The translations under genes and the position numbers were made by a program. A stretch of DNA of 64,000 nt from Octopus vulgaris (taxonomy: Eukaryota), in the NCBI GenBank assembly GCA_951406725.2, contig OX597816.1:92690001-92754000 (forward strand). The letters run 5' to 3'. Below, one piece after another: positions 15,016-29,100 of the stretch (its first letter is position 1; every line of letters begins with the position of its first letter). The notes beneath the pieces were generated by a model. The model had not been told where the DNA came from. It worked only from the letters and a program-made list of their open reading frames with translations, and ran no database searches.

Positions 15016-15336
15016 TGCAGCTCCAGCGGCCGGGGGTGTTTGTCTCCCCTTCGTAAATGTATATAAGGACACAGGAAAAAATGTGTCAAAGCCATCAGGA
15101 GGCGTCGATGCTTCCTAGGGCTATACAGCGGTGGTTTACCCCCCCCTACTGTCACGTTCGTGTTAGATTGACAGTATACAACCATTCTATCGCCCCACCA
15201 CCGTACATGTCTCTACGAGAGATTTAGAAATTTAGTATTTCTTATTTTGATAATCAGTGAATAGACTTCACTGAATTATAGATATATACAATACGAAGTC
15301 GAGACAAATATCGCCAGCTGACCGGTGTCTGCTACC

Positions 15337-15379
15337 CTAGGCCGATGAAGGGCAATGATCCTGAAACACGTGTCCCTAG
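15337..15379 (+). ncRNA. Minimal hammerhead ribozyme (U4C core variant)
   Basis: CTAGG-CCGATGA-AGGG-CAATGA-TCCT-GAAA-CACGTG-TC-CCTAG; predicted cut after C15374. Confidence 0.8.
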
Positions 15380-15609
15380 ATGCAGCTCCGGTGGCCATGG
15401 GTGTTTGTCTCCCCTTCGTAAATGTATATAAGGACACAGGAAAAAATGTGTCAAAGCCATCAGGAGGCGTCGATGCTTCCTAGGGCTATACAGCGGTGGT
15501 TTACCCCCCTCCCCCTACTGTCACGTTCGTGTTAGATTGATAGTATACAACCATTCTATCGCCCCACCACCGTACATGTCTCTACGAGAGATTTAGAAAT
15601 TTAGTATTT

Positions 15610-15703
<94 letters not shown>

Positions 15704-15992
15704 GAGACGATGAGTATATTGGAATAAATTATCCAGGCGGGTACTCTAAGAACTCTCAGGCATGGTTCAGGTTCCGGCAAGCCGAATCAAGTAGTAAGAA
15801 GCACTACACTTCGGACGACACTTGTGGAGAGACTCTGAATGAAGGTACATAACAGAATATAGCAGGTTGCATGGGCAACTGCACATTCCCTACGCTGCAG
15901 AAACACGTGCCGATTATGATCATTTTAGCTAATTATGCTGTAAAACTAACTGCTAAAATTGAAAGGAAAATTTGAAGATGTACCAGTTTAGT

Positions 15993-16038
<46 letters not shown>

Positions 16039-16112
16039 CGCGTATGTCTTTGCGTGTGTATATACTGAACATTTATATACATATACATATGAATGTATGT
16101 ATATGTATGGGA

Positions 16113-16149
<37 letters not shown>

Positions 16150-16209
16150 AATACAAGAATGCATGTATACGCATTTTTGTGCTTGTGTAGACGTGTTTGT
16201 CTGTGTAAA

Positions 16210-16247
<38 letters not shown>

Positions 16248-16249
16248 AG

Positions 16250-16402
16250 AGTGGCGGTCTTCCACAAAGTTTCTGTCAGTGGATCTCTTTTTGAACTCGA
16301 AGTCAAGGTTAATGAGACACTTGCCCGCGATGTTACGCTGTGAAACTGAATCGAGGAGCATGGTTTTGCAAATAATGTTCTTTAAACACAGAGTCATGTC
16401 TG
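16250..16402 (-). mobile_element. Decayed tRNA-derived SINE head
   Basis: Reverse strand resembles the SINE at 33415 (GGGCAAGTGTCT...TTTGTGGA). Confidence 0.55.
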
Positions 16403-16563
16403 ACATTCTCTGTTAATCTGGGGTTGTGTTCAAATCTAACCACTAGTACCGCTTTGTGAAACACTTTCCTCAAATTACTAAGGATAAATGATTCTAGTGT
16501 TTGATGTATGTTAACGACCAGGAAATGTCAATGGAATTGACTCTTTAAGTTTGCGTGAGGCAA

Positions 16564-16604
<41 letters not shown>

Positions 16605-16605
<1 letters not shown>

Positions 16606-17150
16606 TGATAATATTCATTGTTAAATGCTGTGGCATTACACAAAATGTCGACTTTAAAATAAGAATCAATAGCAGTAAAATAGAAAGATCTAATATGCAG
16701 TGGTGTCACAGTGTCTATGATGAAAAGAGATTCGGTCTTTCTGCCCACATATCTCCCACTTTCTAAACAATAGTAATAAATATACTAAAATAAAAGGAAC
16801 AATGGCCATTTTAAAACCTTTTCAATTTAAATCTATATTGATTCATCTAAAATGGTCCGTCTAACTAAATTAGCTTTTGTCTCTTCAATCGAAAACTTCA
16901 AACGAATCCCAAAGTTCCAGCAGAGTAAATGCCTTAAATACATTTATATTTGGTTCTTATATAATAAATTTGTACTAACTTCTATCAAAGTTTATCACCT
17001 GTCTCTCAATATAGACTTTATGGTGTAGAGCTATCATTATTTCAGATAACCAGGCTAGACTTAGAAATGTTCAACTGCTGTCGGGAACAATGATTTTCAT
17101 TCTCAACGAACACTGTTCGCTTTTGTGATTAACGAAATCAGAATATAATC
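16605..17150 (+). pseudogene. Decayed protocadherin fragment
   Basis: ILIIFIVKCCGITQNVDFKI (signal-like), TIVINILK*KEQWPF, and LSLFQITRLDLEMFN resembling KLDRE. Confidence 0.4.
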
Positions 17151-17273
17151 GGTTCTTATATATAATACCGTATATTTTTCAATGCAGTGCATCCAGGATC
17201 ATATATTCACTGTTGTGGAAAAGCAATGGCTATCTCAGTTGAACCTGGAATGGATCATCAGGGCAACAGAAGA

Positions 17274-17309
<36 letters not shown>

Positions 17310-17900
17310 CATAAACAAAAATTTCTCCGAAGTGAATTTTGTATACCACATAAGCAATTTTCTCTATTTTCGTTATTTACTTACTTCGGCATTTCTACCT
17401 CCATCAAAAATGCCTCTTCTCTTTCACAATACTCCAACATGTCAGTTTCACAAAAGAAAGAGAAACTGAATAGAAACAGAGACATCTGTCGTACCAAGTT
17501 CTTAGCTGCTCATAGACAGTCAAATGCCAGATTTCATTTATTTGGTCAACCGGCACAGGAAATAATAGTCTTCACCAGATTTCTAAATTTATCAGAAATA
17601 AATATCCCGTACAACCATCCATCCGAAGGACAATAGTAATAGAAACCTGGGAAAAACTAATAAATCGTTCGAGCAAAGAGCATTTGTTGAAAAATCATGG
17701 AAGTGTATGCTGTATAAAACCTGGAAGTGAAATGCTACGATTAAAATTTAAGTGGTGATTGTAAATTGTGATTGTTTTTACTTCTGTAGTTTAAGACTAT
17801 CCCACGAAGTTTGAATATAAGAATATTAACTCTAAATAGAATATATAAAGTTTACTTTTAGAAATGGAGCTGTATGAGTCCTATGATTTCATTTTATAAG
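17310..17900 (+). pseudogene. Decayed protocadherin EC1(-EC2) fragment
   Basis: SEVNFVYHIS resembles VDITYHV; EKLNRNRDIC resembles IDRE.IC; FTRFLNLSEINIPYNHPS resembles FIKIL.V..D.NDH.P (ORFs 17182 and 17187). Confidence 0.52.
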
Positions 17901-18309
17901 CTATGTATGAGTATTACTTTCTTCGTTTTCCTAATATGATGAGCTACGTTTAAGTAAGGAGTAAACCGAAAGAAAAGTGCTTTAAAGGTTATCATAAATT
18001 CAGAAGCCTAATATATATAGCATGGAAATAAAAATTATTCATTCTTTAACTGCTCCTGTTTCCATTCTATTTCCACTTACGTTATCTATCTATATCATAT
18101 AATCGAATGTATATGAATGAAATATCTGAAAAGGATAATATTTCATTATTTTTTCATTTCCCTCGACCATACCGTATATTTTTCAATGCAGTGCATCCAG
18201 GATCATATTATTCACTGTACGCTACCCCTTTACTTTTTCTGAGGTTGTGGATTCGATTTAAGCGAGATTTGTAGTTATTTCTAGAGGGTCGAGTGATCAG
18301 GTAACTGTT

Positions 18310-18620
18310 CTATCATAAATGTAATGGGCACAAAAGTACACAACAAATATATTGGACAAGTGTTAACATAATTTCTATGTTCCTGGTTAGTCTCACAAAT
18401 TATTGATTTAATTATAGAAGAATTTACATTCAAGAGTAGTTAACTTTATTGTAGAACAGAAGTAGGGTAAATGTATTACATAATTCAAATGTATCTGCTG
18501 TTGCGTGTTTCTCATCGGCATCAGTAATTATGAATAACTTTGGACGGCTTAAATGAAAGACACACACGAAACTAATATCTTACCGTTTCAAAACATATCA
18601 CAGGAATGAAAGGAAAAATG
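18310..18620 (+). pseudogene. Decayed protocadherin EC1 fragment
   Basis: NKYIGQVL, KSS*LYCRTEV and ITLDGLNERHT occur in EC1 order. Confidence 0.5.
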
Positions 18621-19080
18621 GTTTCAAAAGGTGTATTTTAGAATAGACAGATGAAAATTAAACCGAATGTAATGCTAGTATGTATAAAAACATAATCCCA
18701 TTTGCAGATAGCAGAATCAATATAATAAACAACGGTGCTTAATAAATTAGAGAGAATATAAGTAAAATATAAAGCAACTACTAATAGAGTCCCAAAGAGA
18801 AAACCGTAAAGCTAATATACATGAAATATTTGTACTCTACATATTAAGAGTAAAGGGTCTGCTATATATAGAAAAGTAATATAAATTTATAACAGTGGTC
18901 ATTAGAAAATACTTATAATGAATAAACAAAAACTTTTCTTCATATGTATGGAATTAATAAGGTACGATCTACAGACGAACAAGCGCAGAGAAAATCATTT
19001 AAATAAGAACAAAGCAACAAAACCATTAAGCAAAAATACTTAAAGCAGAATTCCAATAAATATGATGATAATGATGATCA

Positions 19081-20400
<1,320 letters not shown>

Positions 20401-20409
20401 CATATTGCA

Positions 20410-20830
20410 GAAATGGTTGAGGGCTTTTCAAGCAGCTAGGACATCGATCGCATTGCCTTAACGAGTCACTTCTTCTAGATTACTAACTAGCTTTCCGATA
20501 AATCTATTCTTATCGATACCTCTTTGCTAAATGTTATCAATTCTGATTTAATCACTTTATTCAGAACATCTCTAACTACTGGTTATTGATGTTTGCCACC
20601 GTCAGCCTCTGCTTAAGAAATTTGTTAACCTTTTTTCCTTAGTCTTTGCACAGTAACTTGCAATAATAAGCGAGACCTTATCTTTGGTTCCTATATAAGT
20701 TGGTCATACTAATCACGAATATATGTTATATCTAGCTGACCAATTTGAGTGTAGACATCTTACGCTATTCATCTTTCCTTGCTACATACTTTACATACGA
20801 GTTGAACGATTTACTGTAGTTGATCCTTGT
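20410..20830 (+). pseudogene. Decayed protocadherin EC1-EC2 fragment
   Basis: SSRLLTSFPIN...PLC*ML...LLVIDVCHRQPLLKKFVNLF resembles IEDVNDHQPEFPKKQVNI.F; TLSLVPI*VGHTN..LYLADQFE resembles EC2. Confidence 0.68.
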
Positions 20831-20899
20831 ATACAATGGCACACCTGAAAAATAAAGTCAGTTCCTGTCAGAGAGTTTGAAACATCTGTGCAGATTGTC

Positions 20900-21300
20900 G
20901 ATGCTTTGCGCTTTACTTCTATGCCTGCTACTTCCTGCAAACACGCTGTGCGTAGTTTGAATCCCCCGCTAGTACTAATAATCGGAACGTTTGAAAGAAG
21001 TAGGCCTTAGTGCCTCGATTAATGTATAGAAACACACTATTAAAGGCACTGCTTTTCTCCTTTATATCTACTGACTAATTGTCAGGGTGCAGGAAAATCG
21101 CCCGTGTCTCGCAGTCTAAGTGTTTGAAGAAACTTCTATTTTATTCATTTCTAAAAGAACACGAGATGAAGATACTTTATAATCATCGACAGTGGTTACG
21201 AGTCAGGTTCGGTCGCTTTAATAGCCACCGCATCTTTGTTAAGGGACTTGAGATCATTGAGCAAGTAACCTTTCTTCCAGGCTGAGCTCAGGTCACGAAC
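20900..21300 (+). pseudogene. Decayed protocadherin signal-EC1 fragment
   Basis: LLCLLLPA, ESPAST/IIGTF, and ORF 21079 QSKCLKKLLFYSFLKEHEMKILYNHRQ resembling ECF...SFIKILEIKVI...NDHQ. Confidence 0.58.
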
Positions 21301-21610
21301 GTTTTTTCTATTCTAAATCCCATAGAAAATTTTCATTTATCAGTTTCATTTAGAGCCTTTCACAGGTACATGCTTATACTACTTGTCTGAAATATTATAT
21401 TCATGAGCATGCAGGAGAGAAGAATGTGTGTCAGCCTTGAAAATGATTTGGTACTGTAGATGGAAACCGAAGCAACGATATATTTTATCATCTCGTTTAA
21501 GAGCGATGATTTCATTCTTATAGCATTATAGTATTTATGATACTGCACTTTTTCCCCAAAAGACTAATTTGTTGTGCGTATATGAAACGACAACAACAAC
21601 AATAATAATA

Positions 21611-23611
21611 TTTGGAATGCTTTCAAAAAGCATTTACGAGCCCCTTGACAACCAGAATTTACTACCATAAGAACAGAAAGGTTGTAGGAAGAAGGTTAGA
21701 GGAACGCATGATCTATTATATATAGGCAAAGCAGTCCTAACAGAAGTAATGAAGTAAAAGCTAGAAAGAAATGACATGGTCCCACACTCATGGATAAGTG
21801 AATGTTTGAGTATATTCAGTATAGCAGACAATATAAGAGAATTAATTAGCTTTAGCATAAAGTAATGGAAAGAAGATCTCTACTCAGGTGACTCACTCTT
21901 AAGGAAAGTTAATATCAAAAGAAGAATTTTCCAGGGGTACACATTGTCCTCTTTAATATTTGTCTTATGACTGATCCCCCTCAGTTTAGTATTAAAGAAG
22001 GCAAAGGCATAGTATCAGTCTAGAAATAGTAATGGAAACATTTACCATTTGCTCAACATGGATGATCTGAAGCTTTTTAGTAAGAATGAAAAAGAGGTAG
22101 ATTCCTTAATACAGACTGTAAGACTCTTGGGCAAAGATACAGGCACGGAATTTGGTATAGATAAGTGTGGAATATTAGTCATGAGATGGGGACATGTAGA
22201 CAACAGTGAAGGCATCTAATTACCATATGGCCAAACATTAAAATCATTGAAAAGAAAGAATTATAAGTATCTAGGAGTATTAGAATCTGACAGAGTACTA
22301 ACAACAGATATGAAAACGAAAATTGAGAAGGAATACATCAGAAAGGTGAGGAATCTAAAGAAGTCAAAGTGAAATAGTTCGAATCTAATGAAGGCAGTAC
22401 ATACTTGGACAGTATCATTACTTAGCTACTCAGCTGCTTTTGTAGATTGGACAAAAACTGAATTAGCAAAGATAGACAGAAGAACTAGGAAGAAATTCAA
22501 TATGAATGGAGGACTCCACCCAAGGGCAGGAGTAGCAAGATTATACTTACCTAGAAAGGAAGGCGGAAGAGGGCTACGATCAGTAGAAGACTGAGCGGAG
22601 TTAGCTACAGTGGATATAGGCTCCTATGTTGGTAATAGCGAAGAAAGTTTATTCAAAGCTGCTAGAGTTACAGCAATACATAGCGAAACCAAAACCCCAA
22701 ATGAAGCTAAAAATCAGAAAAAAACAGAAGTCATCTGACTGGCAGGAGAAGGCGTTGCATGCTAGATTCTCAAAAATAGTTGCAACAAATAGCAGTGGTG
22801 AGACATGGTTGTGGTTGCAGAAAGGAAAACTGAAGAGAGAGACAGAAAGTTTGTTAGTAGCTGCACAATATCGAGCATTAAGGACTAATTGGATAAAAGG
22901 CAAGATAAACAAAAACCAAGTATATTCCCTATGTAGATTATGCAAATTAAAAGTGTAAAGTGTTACTCTTATAGTAAGTAAATGTAGACTGCTAGCGCAG
23001 AAAGAATACAAGAAAAGACATGACAATCTAAGGAGAGTAATCCACTGGGAGCTATGTAGAAAGCTAGGATTTGAACATACTGATAAATGGTATGAACGCG
23101 AAGCTGGAAAAGTACTAGAAAGTAACAAATACAAGATGCTGTGGGACTTAAACGTTCAGACTGACAGAGTAATAGAAGCTAGAAGGCATGATTTGGTAGT
23201 AGTAGATAAAGATAATAGAAAGTACCGCATAATTAACCTCACACAAATGATGACAAATTTAATATGAGAAGTATAGGAAAAATAGCAAAGTACCAGAGCC
23301 TAGCTGTTGAATTACAGAGACTGTGGAAAGTGCGGGTAAAATGTTTCCTTGTAGTTATAGGCGCATTGGTAGCTATTCCTAAAGATCTGAACAGATGGAT
23401 AGAGGAAATAGGCATAAAATCCTGTTTAGTACAGCTGCAGAAAACAGTGTTATTAGGGACAGCTAGAATACTTAGAAGGGTTCTTGACATCTAAGGTTAC
23501 TTACTGTATGTAACCCAGTAGGAGGGTTCTTGGCATCTAAGTCTACTTGTTCTAGTCCGATGTTAGGCATTTCCTCTTTTCTAACAGTCTAATCTGTTGC
23601 GTGTATATGAA
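21611..23611 (+). mobile_element. Dong/R4-clade non-LTR retrotransposon, 5'-truncated (RT, CCHC and restriction-like endonuclease), decayed
   Basis: EQKGC, IFQGYTLSSL, HLLNMDDLKL, YKYLG, LYLPRKEGGRGL, TESLLVAAQ, CRLC, KRHD, LWD, QKTVLLGTARILRRVL; flanked by (CAA)(TAA) at 5' and (TAA)n at 3', the known Dong target. Confidence 0.92.
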
Positions 23612-23677
<66 letters not shown>

Positions 23678-23767
23678 AAGAAGAAGAAGAAGAAGAAGAA
23701 GAAGAAGAAGAAGAAGAAGAAGAAGAAGAAGAAGAAGAAGAAGAAGAAGAAGAAGAAGAAGAAGAAA
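23612..23767. repeat. (TAA)n(GAA)n microsatellite
   Basis: Direct reading. Confidence 0.98.
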
Positions 23768-23879
23768 GGTAAACCTCGAACAAAAATAAAGTCTATAGAT
23801 AAATTTAAATAACATTCCTACAAAAGCAGTAAGTATAGTTATTTAGAACATTCAAGCCGTAGCACTATCTTTTATTAAG

Positions 23880-24450
23880 TGTGATAAACATTTTAAAATT
23901 ATTTTTGTAAAAACACAAGCATAGGTGCTATCGCAAACCAAGTGCATCGAGAAATTTGAAAATTTATCGGGAGTAAGAATGGATTCCATCGTAGATATTA
24001 GTCTCAGACAGGTAGAATAGTATACACACAGATATAATTACTTGCAGATTGCATGCCTCATATCTAAACCCATTACACTACATATGAGCATGATCATTGT
24101 TAAACGTATAGTTCTCTAAACCTTAGATTATTTTCAGATTTTAACCACAATAAGTATTTTCCTGATAATAGGTTAAGTTTGGCTCCATGCGTCTCAATAA
24201 AATTTAATTTATCTAAAGTTACATCCTGTGGTGATACAATATTTGTAATATTAAAATCTATTACGTTCAATATTATGAAAAAGCATTCACAGCAATATAC
24301 ACAGCATATACACTATATACAGGAGTCACAATTTCATTAACGCAGAAAACATCGGTAACTTATAGATTAACTATTAGTGATACATTTGGTTTTGAATATT
24401 AGGCAACCAAGCATCACTGAGATAAATCGGGCTACAAGAATATAATTTAA
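23880..24450 (+). pseudogene. Decayed protocadherin EC1 (plus partial EC2)
   Basis: 23912 NTSIGAIANQVH; 24002 SQTGRIVYTQI; 24122 LRLFSDFNHNKYFPDNRLSL: three colinear EC1 motifs. Confidence 0.72.
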
Positions 24451-25509
24451 AAGAGCGCACTACTATAAATGCTATGCACATACTGATTATTCAGCATAAT
24501 ATCGTGTAAGCTGATATTTACATAATACTGTTGGCTTTTGGAAATTGTGAATTAAAAATGTTATATAAAAGTTAACATGGTGTTTTGATTGCAGAAATGT
24601 TGAATGATTCATGAAACAGATAGTGCAAAATTCCGAAATCTTACTGATCCTGGTATGTAAATAAAAGCAACTGTATTACTGGTAAAAGTAACGTTCATGA
24701 GTAGAATACAACGCGCGTGTTCCCGTTCGTGAAACATTCTACTCGTGAACGAGTAGGCGTTCGCAGGCGTTTTTGAGAGCAAAAATCAAAAGTATAACTA
24801 TATAAAGACAAGGAGATGCTAAAGAAAAATACATTTTACTACAATAGTTTTCTGATTCTTTCCCTGTACCAGAGTTGATGAATTTGTGTTCATTTCAAAC
24901 ACTATTTGCTCCAGGAAATGTCGTCATGAACTGTCCGGAATATGTACGAAAGGTAAGATAAGGTAACATCTTATTTCACTTTTCTCACCTGATCTCAGAG
25001 CAAGTGACTGTCTTAACTTCTAAAGTTTTAATTTCATATATCATAATCGTCGTTATGCAATCGACTACACGAATCCTTCCTTTGTAAGTTTCGCTATTTG
25101 TAACGGCTTAACTAAACAGCTGATAAAAATCCTTATTTTCAATATTAAATCGACATTCCAGCAATCATCTTATTGTGTAAAAATATGGCACTGAAACTGA
25201 TCTCTAAAAATATTCATTTATATTTACACTGCCAACGTTGAAACGGAATGTCTATCGGCCAGACTGTCTGGGAAATATTAGCACTATGTCCAATTTTACT
25301 GCCAATTGTTCGATTTCCGAAAACATTTCCTCGAATCGTTCGTCTGTTTTTGTCTGTGACATACTCAAGAGCTTCGGGACATGGTTGTTCGTTTTCATTT
25401 TATGAATATGAACATCTTGCAGAGCTTGTGTTACAGATTTCCGTAAATTATAATAAAATTATAATGAAATTATAATAGAGATGGAAAAGACGCTGTATTT
25501 AATAGAGTG

Positions 25510-26100
25510 TCCAAGTAAAAGCTTTTCAGAGCAGTTTCCTGAAGCTATAGTGGCGAGTTAACATAATTTATTTAAATATTTAAATGTTTTCAAAGTTAAT
25601 GGAAAAAATTTAATAATAATATATTTTGCAATACAACATGTTTAACATGATATACACTCAGCATAAGACAAATCCTTCGGAACTCCCGGGAAAAAAATAG
25701 TGATTGTTTTCAATGTCCCTATAAACCTCCGCATTTCAGAAGCAGGTCATTCATAACGATATTTACTTTATCATGTGATATTTTTGATATTTGCGCTTTA
25801 TTTTATCCTACAATCTTCTTTCCTTTGAAACCATTTTACAGCAACCATCATAACATTCACTAAGTATCATTTTACTGAATTTAACTCAGATTTTGTAAAC
25901 AGATCAATGCTTGCATTTGAAGTGTAGTTAGCAGCTAATTCACTTAATGTTTCAAGGAAATATGTCCGGCCTTCCAGCTGCACAATGCCCAACTCTTCTA
26001 ATTCGTCATTGCTTAAAGTTACTCTTTTCACCGCAACAATTTAATGTAGGTAATTTATTGTACTGTTGTACCATACACAAAACTGGAACATCGCCATACT
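25510..26100 (+). pseudogene. Decayed protocadherin EC1 fragment
   Basis: FSEQFPEAIVA, KNSDCFQ, IFTLSCDIFDICALFYP. Confidence 0.48.
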
Positions 26101-26289
26101 TTAAGATCTTTATTACACGGTTCCAATTTTTAATCTCCTCACACTCGATAAGAAAACCTGGTCCAGAGAGGCAACTTATCCATTACCCACAGATAAAATA
26201 ATGTAGCATGCGACACACCGCACGCATTTAGAGTACACAAACTTTTTCAATAACGAAACTTATTACTTAGTTTTCATATACAGTATTCA

Positions 26290-29100
26290 AACGATATTGC
26301 GGCCGCTACGACTATAACTTCTGTTTTTACTACTCATAATGGGAGTAGTAAAAATCAATGATAACATCATAAGGACAGACAGCAATGTGTGTGCAGATTT
26401 ACATAAGGGATAGGGAGAAAGACATCGAAAAGAGAGTGAAATGCGATAAAAGATACATAGTATACAAAGTATTTGATATGGATTATGTAGTCCTCCTGAT
26501 ACTGAAGTCTGGCTAGGACCGAATAAGTAACCCCACAGATCTAGGATTACCCTGACTACGAAAGGCACGGTCTCTCTTTCTTTCTCTCTCTCTCTTTTCT
26601 CTCTCACTCTCTCTCTCTCTCTCTCTCTCTTTCCCTTGCCCTCCAAGCACATAGTTAGAGTAGAGCCATTCTCTCTAGTCATTTTCCCCCAGTTACCCAT
26701 CTTGTCACAAATTCACTGGGAGGTAGCACTTCCCTCTCTATCTTCCCCTTCCTTTCTAAGTGGAACTTTAAAAAGACGATAGACCGAAGAAGAAAAACTT
26801 CTTTCTTTAATCATTTCAGCCTCGTCCACTACACAACCTCTTTCGTCATGACAGAGAAACAACGCCTACCCTGCATTGTTAAAGCTGGGCGCTGGTGCGA
26901 TCGCCACAATGGATTCGGCTGATAGTCGGATTCTTCTCACACGCGATAACATGTGTTCGACATTATTCTACTAGTCAGCAATACTCGGCTACTGTATGAA
27001 TGCATGTAGAACGGTTTCGTCGTTCTGCGTGTATCTCGGACAGTCCCACCAGACAAAACATCCGTTCCCGTAGAGTTTATCTTGAATTGGCTATGTAACT
27101 CAGTAGCACTGCCAGGTTAGGGGTTGCTGGAAGTTATCCGTGAGAGTAGGGTCCCGAAAGACCTCCGAAACAGACCAGCTAGCTTATCATCGTCGACGTC
27201 TAGAGTTTCCTCGGGAACGTCATCGCTCTTACACACCGTTAGATTTCTATATATTGCTACCGTCGAACTTCCACTGACCGTATTGCCCGGTTGGTAGACA
27301 GCAGTGAGCAGTTGTGAGGCGCCTAATCTTAGTATTTTTGATACAATTCTAGTTGTTATGACACAAAACATTGTTTATTGTCATCCAATCAGTGGACACG
27401 ATTCTATCATGTGAGGGTTTTTCGCTCCGACATCGTTTATTATTTAGCTTACGTCGATTCGTCCGAGGGACACTTTAAGGACTCTACCAGATGACGTTAG
27501 ATATACATCGACTCATTGTTGTGGATTTATATTTTTTGCCTTAGCACACTTATTGTGGTGCAGATGGTTCACTTTGCATCGTAGACAATTGAAGTTACAG
27601 TTCACTGTTTTGCACTTCGGTTTGGAATTGTTACAATGTTTAATTCGCTCGTTTAAAAAGTTATTATCTTAGCCCAATATCATTATTCGTCTTGCGTTAT
27701 AACAATTTTCTTGACCCAGGATTGCAGCTCCGTCAAGGAGGTGAACTGCGGAAAAGTGTGTCTTATAAAAGGAGACCATATCAGCTCACCATCCAGGAAA
27801 ATCAGTAAGTGGTGTAGCCTCAGTATGTATCTGCGCATTTGTAGCCATAGCATGCTAAGACCGCCGTCCAGAGGGTTCTGGAGACAGACGGACCGCATGA
27901 CTTGTTGAACGCGTCCTTTCCACAGGAAGCAGAGAAGTAAACAAACCTATCCGTCCAAACGTTGACTGGGACAAGTTACTAAATCTAATCGATAAGTTAT
28001 TAAAGAGGTGATCGGCGCTGTCGCCACCTCTGCTCAACCTTTCAGGGATAATTTCCTCTTGGCCCATTTCAGAGTGAGACTGACCACCGTACTTGTAACC
28101 TCAACACAGTTCTTGTCTACCAGGAGGTTTGGGACAAACCATACACCGAGAAATTTCATTGTTTCATCTGTCCTTCGACTTATAGACTTATATTATGTTG
28201 TTCGTTGGCATAGACTTGCCTCTCTAGTTGGCGAGCCGAACCAACTTATTCGGGTTTATCGCAAAGTGCAGCTGGAAGACGGCACATATTTACTTGGAGC
28301 CGAATTGTGGTTTTGTTGCCACGTTATGCTTCCACCACCCGAGCCCATCGGACGGCTTCCTTTTCCTCATGATTTAGCACGCGAGTTCTAGCTCTAACAA
28401 TGCAGCCTTTGTGCTTTGCATTGAAGAAATTGTCGATGGCCTTTCTAGCCGCTTGCACGTTTGTCGCGATGCCATTTCTAATTGTCTCTTCTAACTAGCT
28501 ATTCCTCTGATATATTTCTCTCTATCATTTACCATTTACTAAATGATATTGATTCATTTTTAATTGCCCTCTTCAGGGTTCCCCACCACCTGTTATTGAT
28601 GATTGCTCCCGTCAGATGTCTCTTAGCTACCGCTTAACTAGCTCGCTAATCTGGTCTCTGTAGTGTGTAGGCACCGGAAAGATGCGTTTAACTTCCAGTA
28701 GCCGGATTTCTGTCCATGAGACTTAAGGTGACTGTGAGGTTCTTAAAGTGACTGTGAGGTTCTTAAGGCGACTGTGTAGGCCACCAGTTTGAAATAGGGA
28801 CACCCTAACGTATCTCTATCAGTTAACCTAACAAATACTCTAAGTACGATCTGGAAAAGTCATCATGTTTGCTCAAAGTCTACAATGGCATGTTTGGGGC
28901 ATCCGGCCGGTATCTGTCAGATAGCCAGATACGTCTAAGCACGTTTTTGAGGCTTTTACATCCCCCTCTATGGGTTAACCTTACACAATCCAATCGGGCG
29001 CCCGAAATACTACTCCTATCCCCTACTAGATCTAACGAGCAGGATGTTCTTAGGAAGGTTTCTAGACGTGTAAAGTAATGTGGTCATCCATCCCCTTCAG
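26290..29100 (-). mobile_element. Tx1/L1-clade LINE ORF2 remnant (endonuclease end, post-RT region, zf-RVT, 3' end), internally deleted
   Basis: LSDRYRPDAP...RSYLE; KFLGVWF.P...WAKRKLSLKG; QNPLDGGLSM; PIQDKLYGNG...ETVLHAF; unrelated insert at about 27370-27680. Confidence 0.85.

Larger units (their letters stand above)
14515..15614. repeat. Hammerhead-bearing Penelope terminal repeat array: one inverted copy plus about 2.1 tandem copies of a 365-369 bp unit
   Basis: Unit starts GAGAGATTTAG at 14852, 15217 and 15586; 14515-14833 is the reverse complement of about 14861-15182. Confidence 0.92.

Noticed and set aside
28722-28780. 20-bp tandem repeat x3 (also an 18-bp repeat near 3921-3970)
   Set aside because: Spacer-less slippage duplications inside decayed transposons; not CRISPR-like
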